Counted from the first letter of the stretch, positions 11,604 to 22,282 are shown. The stretch: 33,090 nucleotides of DNA from an uncultured bacterium (GCA_963822585.1 CAWGIE010000020.1:1-33090), one strand, 5' to 3'. A program made the numbers and translations. The notes: generated by a model from the letters alone, not told the origin.

Positions 11604-11714
11604 GTCGTCCCCGCGAAGGCGGGGACCCATACTCCGCAGCCTATCGAGAGGTCTGTGGCTATGGGTCCCGGGTCTCCTTCCGGCTCGCTGCCGGGGTCAG
11701 TCGCCCGGGACGAC
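11604..11714. repeat. REP/RIME-like palindromic element
   Basis: GTCGTCCCCGCGAAGGCGGGGACCCATA...TATGGGTCCCGG...CCCGGGACGAC. Confidence 0.75.
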
Positions 11715-11768
11715 AGTCGTTGTTTGTGGCACCGCTAGCGCGCTGCCCGCGTTCGGGACCATCCCGAT

Positions 11769-13295
11769 TCAGGCTGCTTCTTTCTTCTCCGGCGGCGTCA
11801 CCGCGCCGGACGGCTTGATCGCCGCGATCTCCTTGGCGGAGTAGCCAAGCACCTTGCCGAGGATCTCCTCGGTGTGCTCGCCGAGCAGCGGCGAGCGCTT
11901 CACCTCGGTGATCGAATCCGACAGCTTCACCGGATTGCCGACGGTCAGATACGGGCCGCGGGTCGGATGATCGACCTCGACCACCGTGCCGGTCTCGCGC
12001 AACGACTGGTCCTCGGCGATCTCCTTCATCGACAGGATCGGACCGACCGGAATGTCGAGCGGGTTGCAGATTTCCATGACCTCGAACTTGTCCTTGGTCA
12101 TGGTCCAGTCTTCGATGGTGGCGAAGATGTGCTTCAGCCGCGGCAGCCGCGCCCGCGGCGTCGCGTAGTCGGGATCGGTCTTCCATTCCGGCTTGCCGAT
12201 GATGTCGCAGATCTTCCCCCACACCGGCGCCTGGGTGATGAAATAGATGTAGGCGTTGGGATCGGTCTCCCAGCCCTTGCATTTGAGAATCCAGCCCGGC
12301 TGGCCGCCGCCGGAATCGTTGCCGGCGCGCGGGGTCGCTTCGCCGAACGGAATGCCCTCGCCGTATTGGCTGAATTCGGTGAGCGGCCCGTGCGCGAGCC
12401 GTTGCTGGTCGCGCAGCTTGACGCGGCAGAGATTGAGCACGCCGTCCTGCATGGCGGCGAGCACCTTCTGGCCGCGCCCGGTGCGGTGGCGCTGAATCAG
12501 CGCGCAGACGATGCCGAAGGCAAGATGCAGGCCGGTGCCGGAATCGCCGATCTGCGCGCCGGTGACCAGCGGCGGCCCGTCGCGGAAGCCGGTGGTCGAG
12601 GCGGAGCCGCCGGCGCATTGCGCAATGTTCTCGTAGACCTTGCATTCCTCATAGGGCCCGGGGCCGAAGCCCTTGACCGAGGCAAAGATCATGCGCGGGT
12701 TGAGCTTGTTGACGTGCTCCCAGGACAGGCCCATGCGGTCGAGCGCGCCGGGCGCGAAATTCTCCACCAGCACGTCGCAGTGCTTGATCAGCCGTTCGAG
12801 GATTTCCTTGCCCTTGGGATGCTTGGAGTTGATCGTGATCGAACGCTTGTTGCCGTTGAGCATGGTGAAGTAGAGCGAGTCCGCGCCCTTCACGTCGCGC
12901 AATTGGCCGCGCGTGATGTCGCCGACGCCGGGCCGCTCCACCTTGATGCAGTCGGCGCCCATATAGGCGAGAAGCTGCGTGCAGGTCGGGCCCGACTGCA
13001 CATGCGTGAAGTCGAGAACCTTGACGCCGTCGAGCGCCTTGCCGGCTTGCCCCCAGGGCTTCGACGAGGGCCGCGGCAGACCGTTGCCGTTGCCGCGCTT
13101 GGCCGGCGCTCTTTTTGCAGCCGCGCGCGTGACCTTTTTCGCACCGCGCTTCTTCGCAGCGGCCTTCTTGGCGGCAGACTTCTTCGCTGCAGTCTTGTTC
13201 GCTGCAGTCTTGTTCGCCACAGTCTTGGCGACCTTCTTCCTGGCCGCGGCCTTCTTTACCGCCTTTTTGGCCTTCGCTTTCTTGCGTGTGGCCAT
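11769..13295 (-). CDS. frc: Formyl-CoA transferase (class III CoA-transferase) with Lys/Ala-rich N-terminal extension
   Basis: Intact 508-aa [45 protein letters not shown] (catalytic Asp), [13 protein letters not shown] glycine loop; adjacent to oxc; RBS GGGGGAG before ATG. Confidence 0.95.
   Translation of the reverse strand: MATRKKAKAKKAVKKAAARKKVAKTVANKTAANKTAAKKSAAKKAAAKKRGAKKVTRAAAKRAPAKRGNGNGLPRPSSKPWGQAGKALDGVKVLDFTHVQSGPTCTQLLAYMGADCIKVERPGVGDITRGQLRDVKGADSLYFTMLNGNKRSITINSKHPKGKEILERLIKHCDVLVENFAPGALDRMGLSWEHVNKLNPRMIFASVKGFGPGPYEECKVYENIAQCAGGSASTTGFRDGPPLVTGAQIGDSGTGLHLAFGIVCALIQRHRTGRGQKVLAAMQDGVLNLCRVKLRDQQRLAHGPLTEFSQYGEGIPFGEATPRAGNDSGGGQPGWILKCKGWETDPNAYIYFITQAPVWGKICDIIGKPEWKTDPDYATPRARLPRLKHIFATIEDWTMTKDKFEVMEICNPLDIPVGPILSMKEIAEDQSLRETGTVVEVDHPTRGPYLTVGNPVKLSDSITEVKRSPLLGEHTEEILGKVLGYSAKEIAAIKPSGAVTPPEKKEAA
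13183..13227. repeat. 15-bp tandem repeat x3 inside the frc 5' extension
   Basis: TTCGCTGCAGTCTTG twice, then TTCGCCACAGTCTTG; encodes [15 protein letters not shown]. Confidence 0.9.
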
Positions 13296-13318
13296 TTTTC
13301 TCCCCCTATCTCTCGGCT

Positions 13319-13418
13319 GTCAGGCCCGCGAAGGCGGGCACGCAGGCACTACCGGATTTGCGATTTACTGTTGCCATTGAATTCTGCGGTTACTGCATCC
13401 AGCTTTCGCGAGGACGAC
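13319..13418. repeat. REP/RIME-like palindromic element (degenerate)
   Basis: GTCAGGCCCGCGAAGGCGGGCAC...TACTGCATCCAGCTTTCGCGAGGACGAC between oxc and frc. Confidence 0.65.
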
Positions 13419-13433
13419 CAGCAACGGATCTTT

Positions 13434-15190
13434 CTATTTCTTCCTCAGTGCGCTTTGCGGGTTGAGATTGCCGATGCGGCCGCTCTCGCTGCCGGCCGCC
13501 GGATCGATCACCGCGTTGATCAGGGTCGGCTTGCCGGAATCCATCGCCCTGTCGACGGCGCGGTTAAGCTCGTCGGGCGTGGTCACATTGACGCCGACGC
13601 CGCCGAAGGCCTCGATGATCTTGTCGTAGCGCGCGCCCTTGACGAACACCGTGGTCGCCGGGTCCGAGCCGCCGGCGGCATTGACGTCGGTGCCGCGATA
13701 GATGCCGTCATTGTTGAAGACGACGATGCAGACCGGCAGGTCGTAGCGGCAGATCGTCTCGACCTCCATGCCGGAGAAGCCGAAGCGCTGAATCGCCTTC
13801 GACCGCGAGCACCGGCTTGCCGGTCTCGATCGCGGCGGCGACGGCAAAGCCCATGCCGATGCCCATGACGCCCCAGGTGCCGACGTCGAGCCGCTTGCGC
13901 GGCTGATAGATGTCGATGACGCCGCGCGCGAGGTCGAGCGTATTGGCGCCTTCGTTGACCAGGATGGCGTCCGGCCGCTCCTTGATGACGGTGCGCAGCG
14001 CGCCGAGCGCGCCGTGGAAGTCCATCGGCGATTTGTTGTTCATCAGCCGCGGCGCCATCTTGGCGATGTTCTCTTCCTTCTTTGCCTGGACGGCGCCGGT
14101 CCAGTCGGCCGGCGGCGGCCGGCCACTTGCCGCCCATGCCCTCGAGCAGCGCCGAGACGCAGGAGCCGATATCGCCGACCACCGGCGCTGCGATCTCGAC
14201 GTTGGAGTCCATCTCCTTCGGCTCGATGTCGATCTGGATGAATTTCTTCGGCAGCGTTGCCCCAGGTCTTGCCCTTGCCGTGCGACAAGAGCCAGTTGAG
14301 GCGGGCGCCGATCAGCATCACGACATCGGACTGCTGCAGCACCGTCGAGCGCGCCGCGCCGGCGCATTGCGGATGCGTGTCGGGCAGAATGCCCTTGGCC
14401 ATGCTCATCGGCAGGAAGGGAACGCCGCTCTTCTCGACCAGCGCGCGGATCGCGTCGTCGGCCTGCGCATAGGCGGCGCCCTTGCCGAGGATGATCAGCG
14501 GGCGCTTGGCGCTCTTGAGCACGTCGAGCGCGCGCTTGACCGCGGCCGGCGCGGGAATCTGGGCCGGCGCCGGATCGATGACTTTGACCAGCGACTTCTG
14601 CCCGGCCTCGGCATCCATCACCTGCGAGAACAGCTTGGCCGGCAGATCGAGATAGACGCCGCCCGGACGGCCCGAAACCGCGGCGCGGATCGCGCGCGCC
14701 ACGCCGATGCCGATGTCGGCGGCATGCAGCACGCGGAAGGCCGCCTTGCACAGCGGCTTGGCGATCGCGAGCTGGTCCATCTCCTCGTAGTCGCCCTGCT
14801 GCAGATCGACGATCTCGCGCTCGGACGAGCCGGAGATCAGGATCATCGGGAAGCAGTTGGTGGTGGCATTGGCGAGCGCGGTGAGGCCGTTGAGAAAGCC
14901 GGGCGCCGAAACCGTGAGGCAGATGCCGGGCTTCTTGGTCAGGAAGCCGGCGATGGCCGCGGCATTGCCGGCATTCTGCTCGTGCCGGAACGAGATCACG
15001 CGCATGCCTGCGGCCTGCGCCATGCGGCCGAGATCGGTGATCGGGATGCCGGGCACGCCGTAGATCGTGTTGATGCCGTTGAGCTTGAGCGCATCGATGA
15101 CGAGGTGAAAGCCGTCCGTCAGCTCCGCGCTCCGCTTCGGCTGCATGGCGCGTGCTGTCAGCTTTTCCTTTGCACTGCTGCGTCAGCCAT
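13434..15190 (-). CDS. oxc: Oxalyl-CoA decarboxylase (ThDP-dependent), frameshifted
   Basis: [85 protein letters not shown] before ATG 15190. Confidence 0.96.
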
Positions 15191-15221
15191 GCGAAATCCT
15201 CCCTGTCGTTACTCCCATCGC

Positions 15222-15934
15222 TCAATCCAGATAATCGGCGTATTTCGCAACGTGATCGGCAAGTCCGAGCGCGTGATCGCGCACCAGCGCCTCGGCGCGC
15301 GTCGGTGTCGCGCGCCTCCAGCGCCTGGATGATGTTCATGTGATCGCGGATCGAGCGGTCGGCGCGGTCCTGTTCGCCGATCGTCTTCATGCGGATCATG
15401 CGCATATGCGCGAACAGATTCTCGGCCAGCCGGATCAGCACGTCGTTGCGGCTCATGCGGATGATGGTCTGGTGAAACTCGATATTCACCTCGGAATATT
15501 CGTCGAGCTTGGCGTGCAGCGTGCCGTTCTCGAAGGTCGCGAACATCCGGCGCAAGCGTCGCGATCTCGTCGTCGGTCGCGCTTTGCGTGATCAGGCGCG
15601 CGGCCATGCTTTCCAGCGCCGCCCAGGCGGTGATCATCTCGATCACCTCGCGCTTGGTCTTGCGCACGATGTAGATGCCGCGGCGCGGCACCGAGCGCAC
15701 AAAGCCCTCGCGCTCGAGCTGCGCCATGGCCTCGCGCACCGGCGTGCGGCTGATGCCGAATTCCTGCGCGAGCTGGCGCTCGTCGAGCCGCACATCGGAG
15801 CGGCTGCGGTAGATGTCCATCGAGACGATGGCACTCTTCAGCGTGGCATAGGCCTGATGCTTGAAGCTCGGCCCGGTATCGATGAGCCGCGATCACGGGG
15901 CGCAAGCGGCGGGCGCTGATCGGACCGGAGACAT
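15222..15934 (-). CDS. GntR family (FCD domain) transcriptional regulator, frameshifted
   Basis: LDERQLAQEFGISRTPVREAMAQLEREGFV winged HTH; FCD-like NIEFHQTII and SIRDHMNIIQALEARD. Start uncertain. Confidence 0.9.
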
Positions 15935-15989
15935 CACACGACCTGATCGACATCACGCAAACTCGACGAGACGACCGATTTGCCGGTTT

Positions 15990-16008
15990 CTGGCATACAA
16001 TATTCCAG
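15990..16008. promoter_or_regulatory. Candidate GntR operator (palindrome)
   Basis: CTGGCATACAATATTCCAG = CTGGnATAnnnTATnCCAG dyad just upstream of the GntR-oxc-frc run. Confidence 0.55.
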
Positions 16009-16222
16009 GGGGAAGAGGTCACTACAATGCATGCGAAAGCGGCTGCGGTGCGTTGCCGCGCCGTGTCGACGCAGAACCGTCGCGGCATGCCGATCGCACG
16101 GTCGGCAGCAGGTCGCGCAACGCACCGCGCACCGTGAGCGCCAAAGCGGAGCGCTCCGCAATAGTCTGCGTAAATTCGTTCCCGACGGCGGCACGGAGCA
16201 ACAGTGCGGCGGGTATGCGCTT

Positions 16223-17759
16223 TCACCGTGTCATGACCGTCGGCAGTTCCGTCTTGTCGCCGCCGCGATGGAGCACGCGGTACAGACCATGCGAGATCAG
16301 CGGCCAGAACAGCATGACCATCGACAGCGCGGTGATGCTGCCGACCAGCCAGTTCGACCAGAACACCGAGAGGTCGCCCTGCGAGCCGATCAGCGCCTGG
16401 CGGAACGAGCTTTCGGCGCGCCCGCCGAGCACGATCGCCAGCACCATCGGCGCCAGCGGGTAGTCGAGCTTCTTGAACAGGTAGCCGATGACGCCGAACA
16501 TCACCATGAAGATCAGGTCGGCCGGCGCATTCGACAGCGTGTAGGAACCGATGGCGCAGACCACGATGATGATCGGCGCGATGATCGAGAACGGAATCTT
16601 CATGATGCTCGCCCACATCGGCACCGTGGTGAGCACGATCGCCAGGCCGACCAGATTGGCAAGGTAGATCGAGGCGATCAGGCCCCAGACGAAGTCCTTC
16701 TGCTCGACGAACAGCAGCGGCCCCGGCTCGATGCCCCAGATCAAGAGGCCGCCGAGCAGCACCGCCGCGGTCGGCGAGCCGGGAATGCCGAGCGTGAGCA
16801 TCGGCAGCAGCGCGCTGGTGCCGGCGGAATGCGCCGCCGTCTCCGGCGCGACCACGCCCTCCAACTTCGCCGGTGCCGAATTTCGCCCCGTTCTTGGAAA
16901 AGCGCTTGGCCAGCCCGTAGCTCATGAACGAGGCCGGCGTGGCGCCGCCCGGCGTGACCCCGAGCCAGATGCCGACCGCCGATGCCGCGGAGGATGGTGA
17001 CCCAGTATTGCGGCAACTTCTTCCAGGTCTGCCAGACGACGAAAGGATTCATCCTGGCGCTGCGGCCCTCGAAGTGCAGCCCCTTCTCGATGGTCACCAG
17101 GATTTCGCCGATGCCGAACAGGCCGATGACGGCGATCAGGAAGTGGAACCCGGTCAGCAGCGTCTCGGTGCCGAAAGTCAGCCGCACCCCGCCGGTGATC
17201 TCGTCGGTGCCGACGCAGGCAAAGGCGAAGCCGAGCATCATGCTCGAAATCACCTTGAACGGCGACTGCCGGCCCATGCCGATGAAGCTGCAGAAGGTCA
17301 AAAGGTAGACCGAGAAGAACTCCGGCGGCCCGAAGGCCAAGCGCGAAATTGGCAACGATCGGCGCCAGAAAGGTCAGCACGATGGTCGCGACGAACGCGC
17401 CGATGAAGGACGACGACATCGAGGCCGTGAGCGCCTCGCCGGCGCGGCCCTGCTGCGCCAGCGGGTGGCCGTCGAAAGTGGTCGCCACCGACCACGGTTC
17501 GCCCGGAATATTGAACAGGATGGCGCTGATGCAGCCGCCGAACAGCGCGCCCCAATAAATTGCCGCCAGCATGATGATGGCGGTGGTGTGCTCCATCGAA
17601 AAGGTCAGCGGCAGCAGAATGGCGATGCCGTTGGCGCCGCCGACGCCGGGAAGGAATCCGAGCAGGATGCCGAACAGGAGGCCGACGACCATGTAGCCCA
17701 AATTCATGGGCGTCAGCAGCACATCGAAGCCGTGCAGCAGCGACAGAAACGAGTTCCAA
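16223..17759 (-). CDS. tctA: Tripartite tricarboxylate transporter large permease, frameshifted
   Basis: GFLPGVGGANGIAILLP, ILFNIPGEPWSVATTFDGHP, GVVAPETAA, LTLGIPGSPTAAVLLG; TTG start after RBS GGGAGG. Confidence 0.92.
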
Positions 17760-17849
17760 CTAAATCCTCCCGTTATCCGGTCCCGGGACCGCCAGGCTGT
17801 TTGTCGTTGCGCTCATCGCGACTTGTTCCGCCGCCCTGCACGGCCATCC

Positions 17850-18372
17850 TCAATAGCCGAGCCAGTGCTCCAACGGTCCCTTCGGCAGCGGCACAAGGAA
17901 CCAGATTTCGAAAATGATGAAAAGCTGCGATCGGAACCAGAACCGCCACCGGAAGCGTCTTATAGAGCGGGTAGCGCCCGTGCCAGATCATGAAAAAGCC
18001 GATGAACAGGAAGGTCGAGATATAAATTCCGATGTAAATCGAAAGCACCACGAAGACGGTCATCGGAATGAGGACCTGGAGCACCATCTTCAATTGGCCG
18101 CGCTCGACGAAAGCTGCCGCCGTCGTCATCGCGCTGCAAGAGATTCTGCACCAGCGTCACCGCGCTGGCGCAGAACATGATCAGCGCCACATAGAACGGG
18201 AAATAGCCGGAATCCGGACCGACGTTTCTCTGCCCAGCCGGCGCCGAGCCGATAGCTTGAAACCATCACCACCGCGCCCACCGCCATCAGCGCCAGCGCA
18301 ACAACGATATTCATGGTGCGGTTGGAAACGGCGCTCAAATCCGGGTCTCGATTGCCTGTAGTGCTCGCTCAT
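17850..18372 (-). CDS. tctB: Tripartite tricarboxylate transporter small permease, frameshifted
   Basis: Hydrophobic, about 170 aa; GYFPFYV and C-terminal FEIWFLVPLPKGPLEHWLGY; lies between tctC and tctA. Confidence 0.85.
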
Positions 18373-18575
18373 CGTTAGAAGACGCCGTCGTTTTGGAGCT
18401 CGGTTCGCGAGAAAATACATGGCCGCACGGCCGGTGCAAGTCGCTGCAGCGGCCGCTGCACGGCGGGGACGCCGCAATGCGGCGCCCCAAGATCTTGCTG
18501 CACGCCGGCTCACGAGCCTTACTTTAGCGCGGACGACTCACGAGCCTCTAGTTACTAGTGACTACGGCAGGTGGC

Positions 18576-19593
18576 TCATGAGCCTTTATGGATGAGGCCG
18601 GCCTTTTGCATCAACTCATGATGGTGCGCCGCCGCCTTCTTCAGCCACTCGACGAATTCGGCGCCGGTCATGAAGCTCTGGTTGAAGGCGCCCTTCTGCA
18701 TGTAAGCCTTCCATTCTCGGCGTCGCCCGAACCTTTTTGAACAGGTCGATATAGTAGTTGACCGCGTCCTGCTTGACGTGCGGCGCCGTGAAGAAGCCGC
18801 GCAGCATCGTGTATTCGATGTCGAGCCCTTGCGACTTGCAGGTCGGGATGTCCTGCCACGACATGTCCTTGGTGATCTTGGCAGGGTACGGCATCGGCTT
18901 CGAGTCGAACACGCAAAGCGGCCGCACATTGCCGGCGCGCCAATGCGCGACGCATTCGATCGGGTTGTTCACGCTCGAATTGATGTGGCCGCCGACAAGC
19001 TGCGTGCAGACCGTTCCGCCGCCACTGTAGGGCACGTAGGTGAATTTGGCCCCGGTGCCTTGCTCGATCGCCGCGGTGATGATCTGGTCTTCCTGCTTGG
19101 AGCCGGTGCCGCCCATCTTCATCTTGCCGCCGGCCTTCTTCACCGCGGCGATATATTCCTTTGCGGTCTTATAGGGCGTCTTGGCGTTCACCCAGAGCAC
19201 GAACTCGTCGAGCGCCATCATCGCGATCGGGGTGTAGTCCGTCCAGGAGAAGGGCGACCCCGTCGCGAGCGGCGTGGTGAACAGGTTCGACAGCGTGATG
19301 ATCAGCTTGTGCGGGTCGGCGTTGGCATGCTTGACGTAAAGGAAGCCCTCGGCGCCTGAGCCGCCCTTCTTGCTGATCACGACCATCGAAGTCGGCATCA
19401 GCTTGTGCTTCTGGATGATGCCCTGGATCAGCTGCGACATCTGGCCGGCGCCACCGCCCATGCCGGCCGGGACGATCAATTCGACAGTGCGGGTCGGCTT
19501 CCAGGCGGCCGGCGCCGGATCCGTGGTAGCGGTTGCGGCAAGGCAGAGCGCGGCTCCGGCTCCGACCGCCAATCGCGTTGTAAATCCGCTCAT
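18576..19593 (-). CDS. tctC: Tripartite tricarboxylate transporter substrate-binding protein (Bug/TctC), frameshifted near the 3' end
   Basis: Signal peptide, WKPTRTVELIVPAG.GGG, GGSGAEG, GGTGSKQEDQI, YVPYSGGG. Confidence 0.9.
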
Positions 19594-19854
19594 TTGCGTT
19601 CCTCCATTTGGCGCTTCATTGGGACAGTCCAAAGCCTGTGATTAAGTCTAACGCTACGTAAGTACATGCAATGGCGATAAAATTTCACCACCACCTGCGC
19701 CTCTGGTAAAATTTATGCGTTACCAAGAATGTCTGCGACACGTCCAGCGTTGTCACACGGACGAAGTGACGCATCCTTGTTTGCAACGCAGCATTAGCGC
19801 TGACGCCAACTCTGACAGCGCGCGGAATGTCAGTTCCGGTGCCGCGAACAGCGA

Positions 19855-19882
19855 AGCCGCACGCAATCTCTTGCGTGCGGCT
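19855..19882. terminator. Perfect 12-bp hairpin downstream of the phytase-like gene
   Basis: AGCCGCACGCAA-TCTC-TTGCGTGCGGCT; only a short T-tract follows on the minus strand. Confidence 0.55.
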
Positions 19883-19892
19883 GCCTGACGAT

Positions 19893-19944
19893 CAAGGTGC
19901 CGTGGCTAGTGGCGCAGTCGCAAGGTGCCGTGGCTAGTGGCGCA
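19893..19944. repeat. 24-bp exact direct repeat x2
   Basis: CAAGGTGCCGTGGCTAGTGGCGCA at 19893-19916 and 19921-19944; the second copy contains the stop codon of the phytase-like gene. Confidence 0.9.
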
Positions 19945-21235
19945 CAATGCCTGTGCCTTTGAGCACAACGATTTGCGTATGTTCCCCGGTGATGCCGAAA
20001 TCATCGTCATTGACGATGAGGAGCGAATCGTCGCCCAGCAGCGCCAAACCTTCGGTCTTGCCGACGATATCGCGGAAGTCGGCGGTGTCGAGACGCAGCG
20101 TCTTTTCGACCGGCTTGATATTGGCGGCCGCCACTGCCGTCTGTTCGAGCGTTGGGCGGGTCGCAGCTTGATCCCACTTGCTCGCGAGAATATTGGTCGC
20201 GCCCACGAGCGTGATATCGTAGAGCTTGGTGGTGTGGTCCGTGCGCTCCAGGATCACCAGCCGGTCGAGGCCGATATTCAGCATTTCGCTCACGCGCGGC
20301 GCATTTTGCTTCTTTGACGGGTCGCGGCGAAACGTCATCGGATCGTCAAGCGTATAAATGTATTCGCCAACAATCTTCATTGTCGCGCGATCGAGCTTAA
20401 ACAGCCGCGTGTTCTTGGCCGCCTTGTAGGCATCATTGTTCGGATTGGCCAGCGGGTTCTGCAGCATGAAATAGAGGAAACGCTCGTCGGGCGAAGCGGA
20501 GCAGGATTCGATCCCGCGATTGGTCGCCCGCGTGGTCAGGATCGCCGGCAGCGTTCCCTTGACATCGTAGTGAGCGCCGTTGAAGTCGCCCTCGGTCCCT
20601 TGCGGCACGTAACGCACAGTCATCCGACCGGAAGCATCAAAATGTGCGAGCGAGGGCCCGTTTTCTTCGCCGATGAAGAAGCTGCCGTCGGAGAGATGCA
20701 CGATGCATTCGGCATCGATGCCATTGACAGTCTGCTCGAGCTTGCGGCCGTGGCCATCGAGCGGCGTCTCCGTGCTTGCGGTCTTGAGCGGATTGAGGAG
20801 ACCGCTCAGGGGCCGCCCATCGCGATCTTTGAGCGTGATGACGTCGGTGACGCGGAAGGTCCCGTCGGCCATCAACATCACGCGGTAGATCGATGGCGTA
20901 TAGGACGGCGTCGGATAGACACGGCCATGCTTGACTTCCTTGCAGGCGGCAAGGGTGACGCCGGCAACTTTCTTCATGTCGCTACAGGCAATATTGGGCC
21001 CGCGGTCGCCGATGGTAAAGACGACGTTGGGCGGGTCGCTGGGATTGCGGGTGGCGCCGCTGCCGATGCCGACGGACAGTTTGAGCGTCTTGCCGCCTTC
21101 GAAGGAAAACGTACCCAGGCGCAGCAAGGTATCGTCGCTGCGATAATAGCGCGCCTGAATGTCCGCCGCGGCGGCGGGACCTGCAAACGAAAGGGCGATG
21201 GAACCCACGGTCAGTCGGAACGCAGTGATGGTCAT
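19934..21235 (-). CDS. Secreted esterase-like/phytase-like beta-propeller protein
   Basis: Signal peptide ending AAAA; TIGDRGPN, GIDAECI, IGEENGPSL, NRGIES, LQNPL, KTEGLA, NDDDFGI motifs of the phytase-like family. Confidence 0.8.
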   Translation of the reverse strand: MTITAFRLTVGSIALSFAGPAAAADIQARYYRSDDTLLRLGTFSFEGGKTLKLSVGIGSGATRNPSDPPNVVFTIGDRGPNIACSDMKKVAGVTLAACKEVKHGRVYPTPSYTPSIYRVMLMADGTFRVTDVITLKDRDGRPLSGLLNPLKTASTETPLDGHGRKLEQTVNGIDAECIVHLSDGSFFIGEENGPSLAHFDASGRMTVRYVPQGTEGDFNGAHYDVKGTLPAILTTRATNRGIESCSASPDERFLYFMLQNPLANPNNDAYKAAKNTRLFKLDRATMKIVGEYIYTLDDPMTFRRDPSKKQNAPRVSEMLNIGLDRLVILERTDHTTKLYDITLVGATNILASKWDQAATRPTLEQTAVAAANIKPVEKTLRLDTADFRDIVGKTEGLALLGDDSLLIVNDDDFGITGEHTQIVVLKGTGIVRH

Positions 21236-21406
21236 TGGAGAAAACCTCAGCGGCCAATGGAGTCTCGCTTTTAACTGGGCTGCGTCGATGACGATTGGAT
21301 GACAAGCGGCGGTGGACAAGCGAGCGGACACCTCAGTAGCTTGCCTGCGCAACCACAAAGAGCTTGAGATCAATGACTTCGCCAGTCGACAATTCAGAAC
21401 GGCAAG

Positions 21407-22127
21407 ATGTACGGCTATCGGGCGCGGATCGGCTATACCTCGCCGCCGCTGACGACCGAGATATTCCCCTATGAGTTCTACAAGATCGTGCCCGACGGCG
21501 TCAGCCTGGTGGTAACCTCGCTCGCGATCGTGGTGCGCTCGAAGGACGAGGTCGATCAATCCTACGACATCAGCATGCGCGCGGCGCGCGAGATGGCAGC
21601 CGCCGGCTGCGACATCGTGGTGCTCGGGGGCGTGCCGATCAATCTCTCGCGCGGCACCCAGAACGCCGAGCAGATGATCCTCGATCTCGAAAAGGAGCTC
21701 GGCATCAAAGTGTCGTCGAGCGCGCAGGCGCAGGCCAAGGCGGCAAAGGCTTTGGGCTGCAAGAAGGTGGTGGTGGCGCAGCCCTATTCGCATGCCGATA
21801 CCGACCGCATCGCCGGCTACGCGACACATTTCGGCTGCGAACTTCTCGGCGCCACCGGCTGGGGCAGCCCCTTCAACCGCATCGGCGCCATTCCCGCAGG
21901 ACGCAGCGCTGCAAATGGGACGTAAGCTTATGCAGGAACATCCCGAGGCCGATACCATTCTCTTGCCGTCACCTCATTGGCCCACGGCCGGCGCCATCGA
22001 CGTGCTGGAAAAGGAATTCGGCGTCAATGTAATGACCGCACATCAGGCAATCGTCTGGGATGCACTGCGCCGTTGCGGCGTCGACGACAAGATCGAAGGG
22101 TTCGGCAGGTTGTTCCGGGATTTCTGA
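21407..22127 (+). CDS. Asp/Glu racemase-fold protein (maleate isomerase/arylmalonate decarboxylase-like), frameshifted
   Basis: GYRARIG..SP start, LGCKKVVVAQPY, LEKEFGVNVMTAHQAIVWDALR, GFGRLF end. Confidence 0.75.
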
Positions 22128-22137
22128 ATGTCACTTG

Positions 22138-22237
22138 CCGTTCCCGCGCAAGTAGCGATCCATACGGCGTGTGCCCCTGTTAGGACATGGTTTGTGGGTG
22201 TCGGCTCTCGCCGGCCCAATGCCGGGGCCGGTGACAA
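22138..22237. repeat. Highly degenerate REP-like element
   Basis: CCGTTCCCGCGCAAGTAGCGATCCATA...CCGGCCC..GGGCCGGTGACA resembles the other copies. Confidence 0.35.
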
Positions 22238-22282
22238 CAATAAACTTGATCAACAGACAAGCGCACATGGGAGGGAAGGAAA

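Noticed and set aside
11874..13868. 664-aa plus-strand ORF and other long antisense ORFs (e.g. 14082-15332, 15980-16927, 32186-32956)
   Set aside because: Shadow ORFs opposite well-supported genes, expected in high-GC DNA; no recognisable motifs.
13708..15555. Apparent GntR-Oxc fusion ORF (615 aa)
   Set aside because: Artefact of frameshifts; GntR has its own stop (15222) and oxc its own RBS and ATG (15190).
18507..19944. Short direct repeats as a CRISPR array
   Set aside because: Only 2-3 short copies with irregular or tiny spacers, and no cas genes.
21236..21958. N-terminal extension making the phytase-like ORF 674 aa
   Set aside because: It overlaps the plus-strand racemase-fold gene, and a signal peptide begins at the ATG at 21235.
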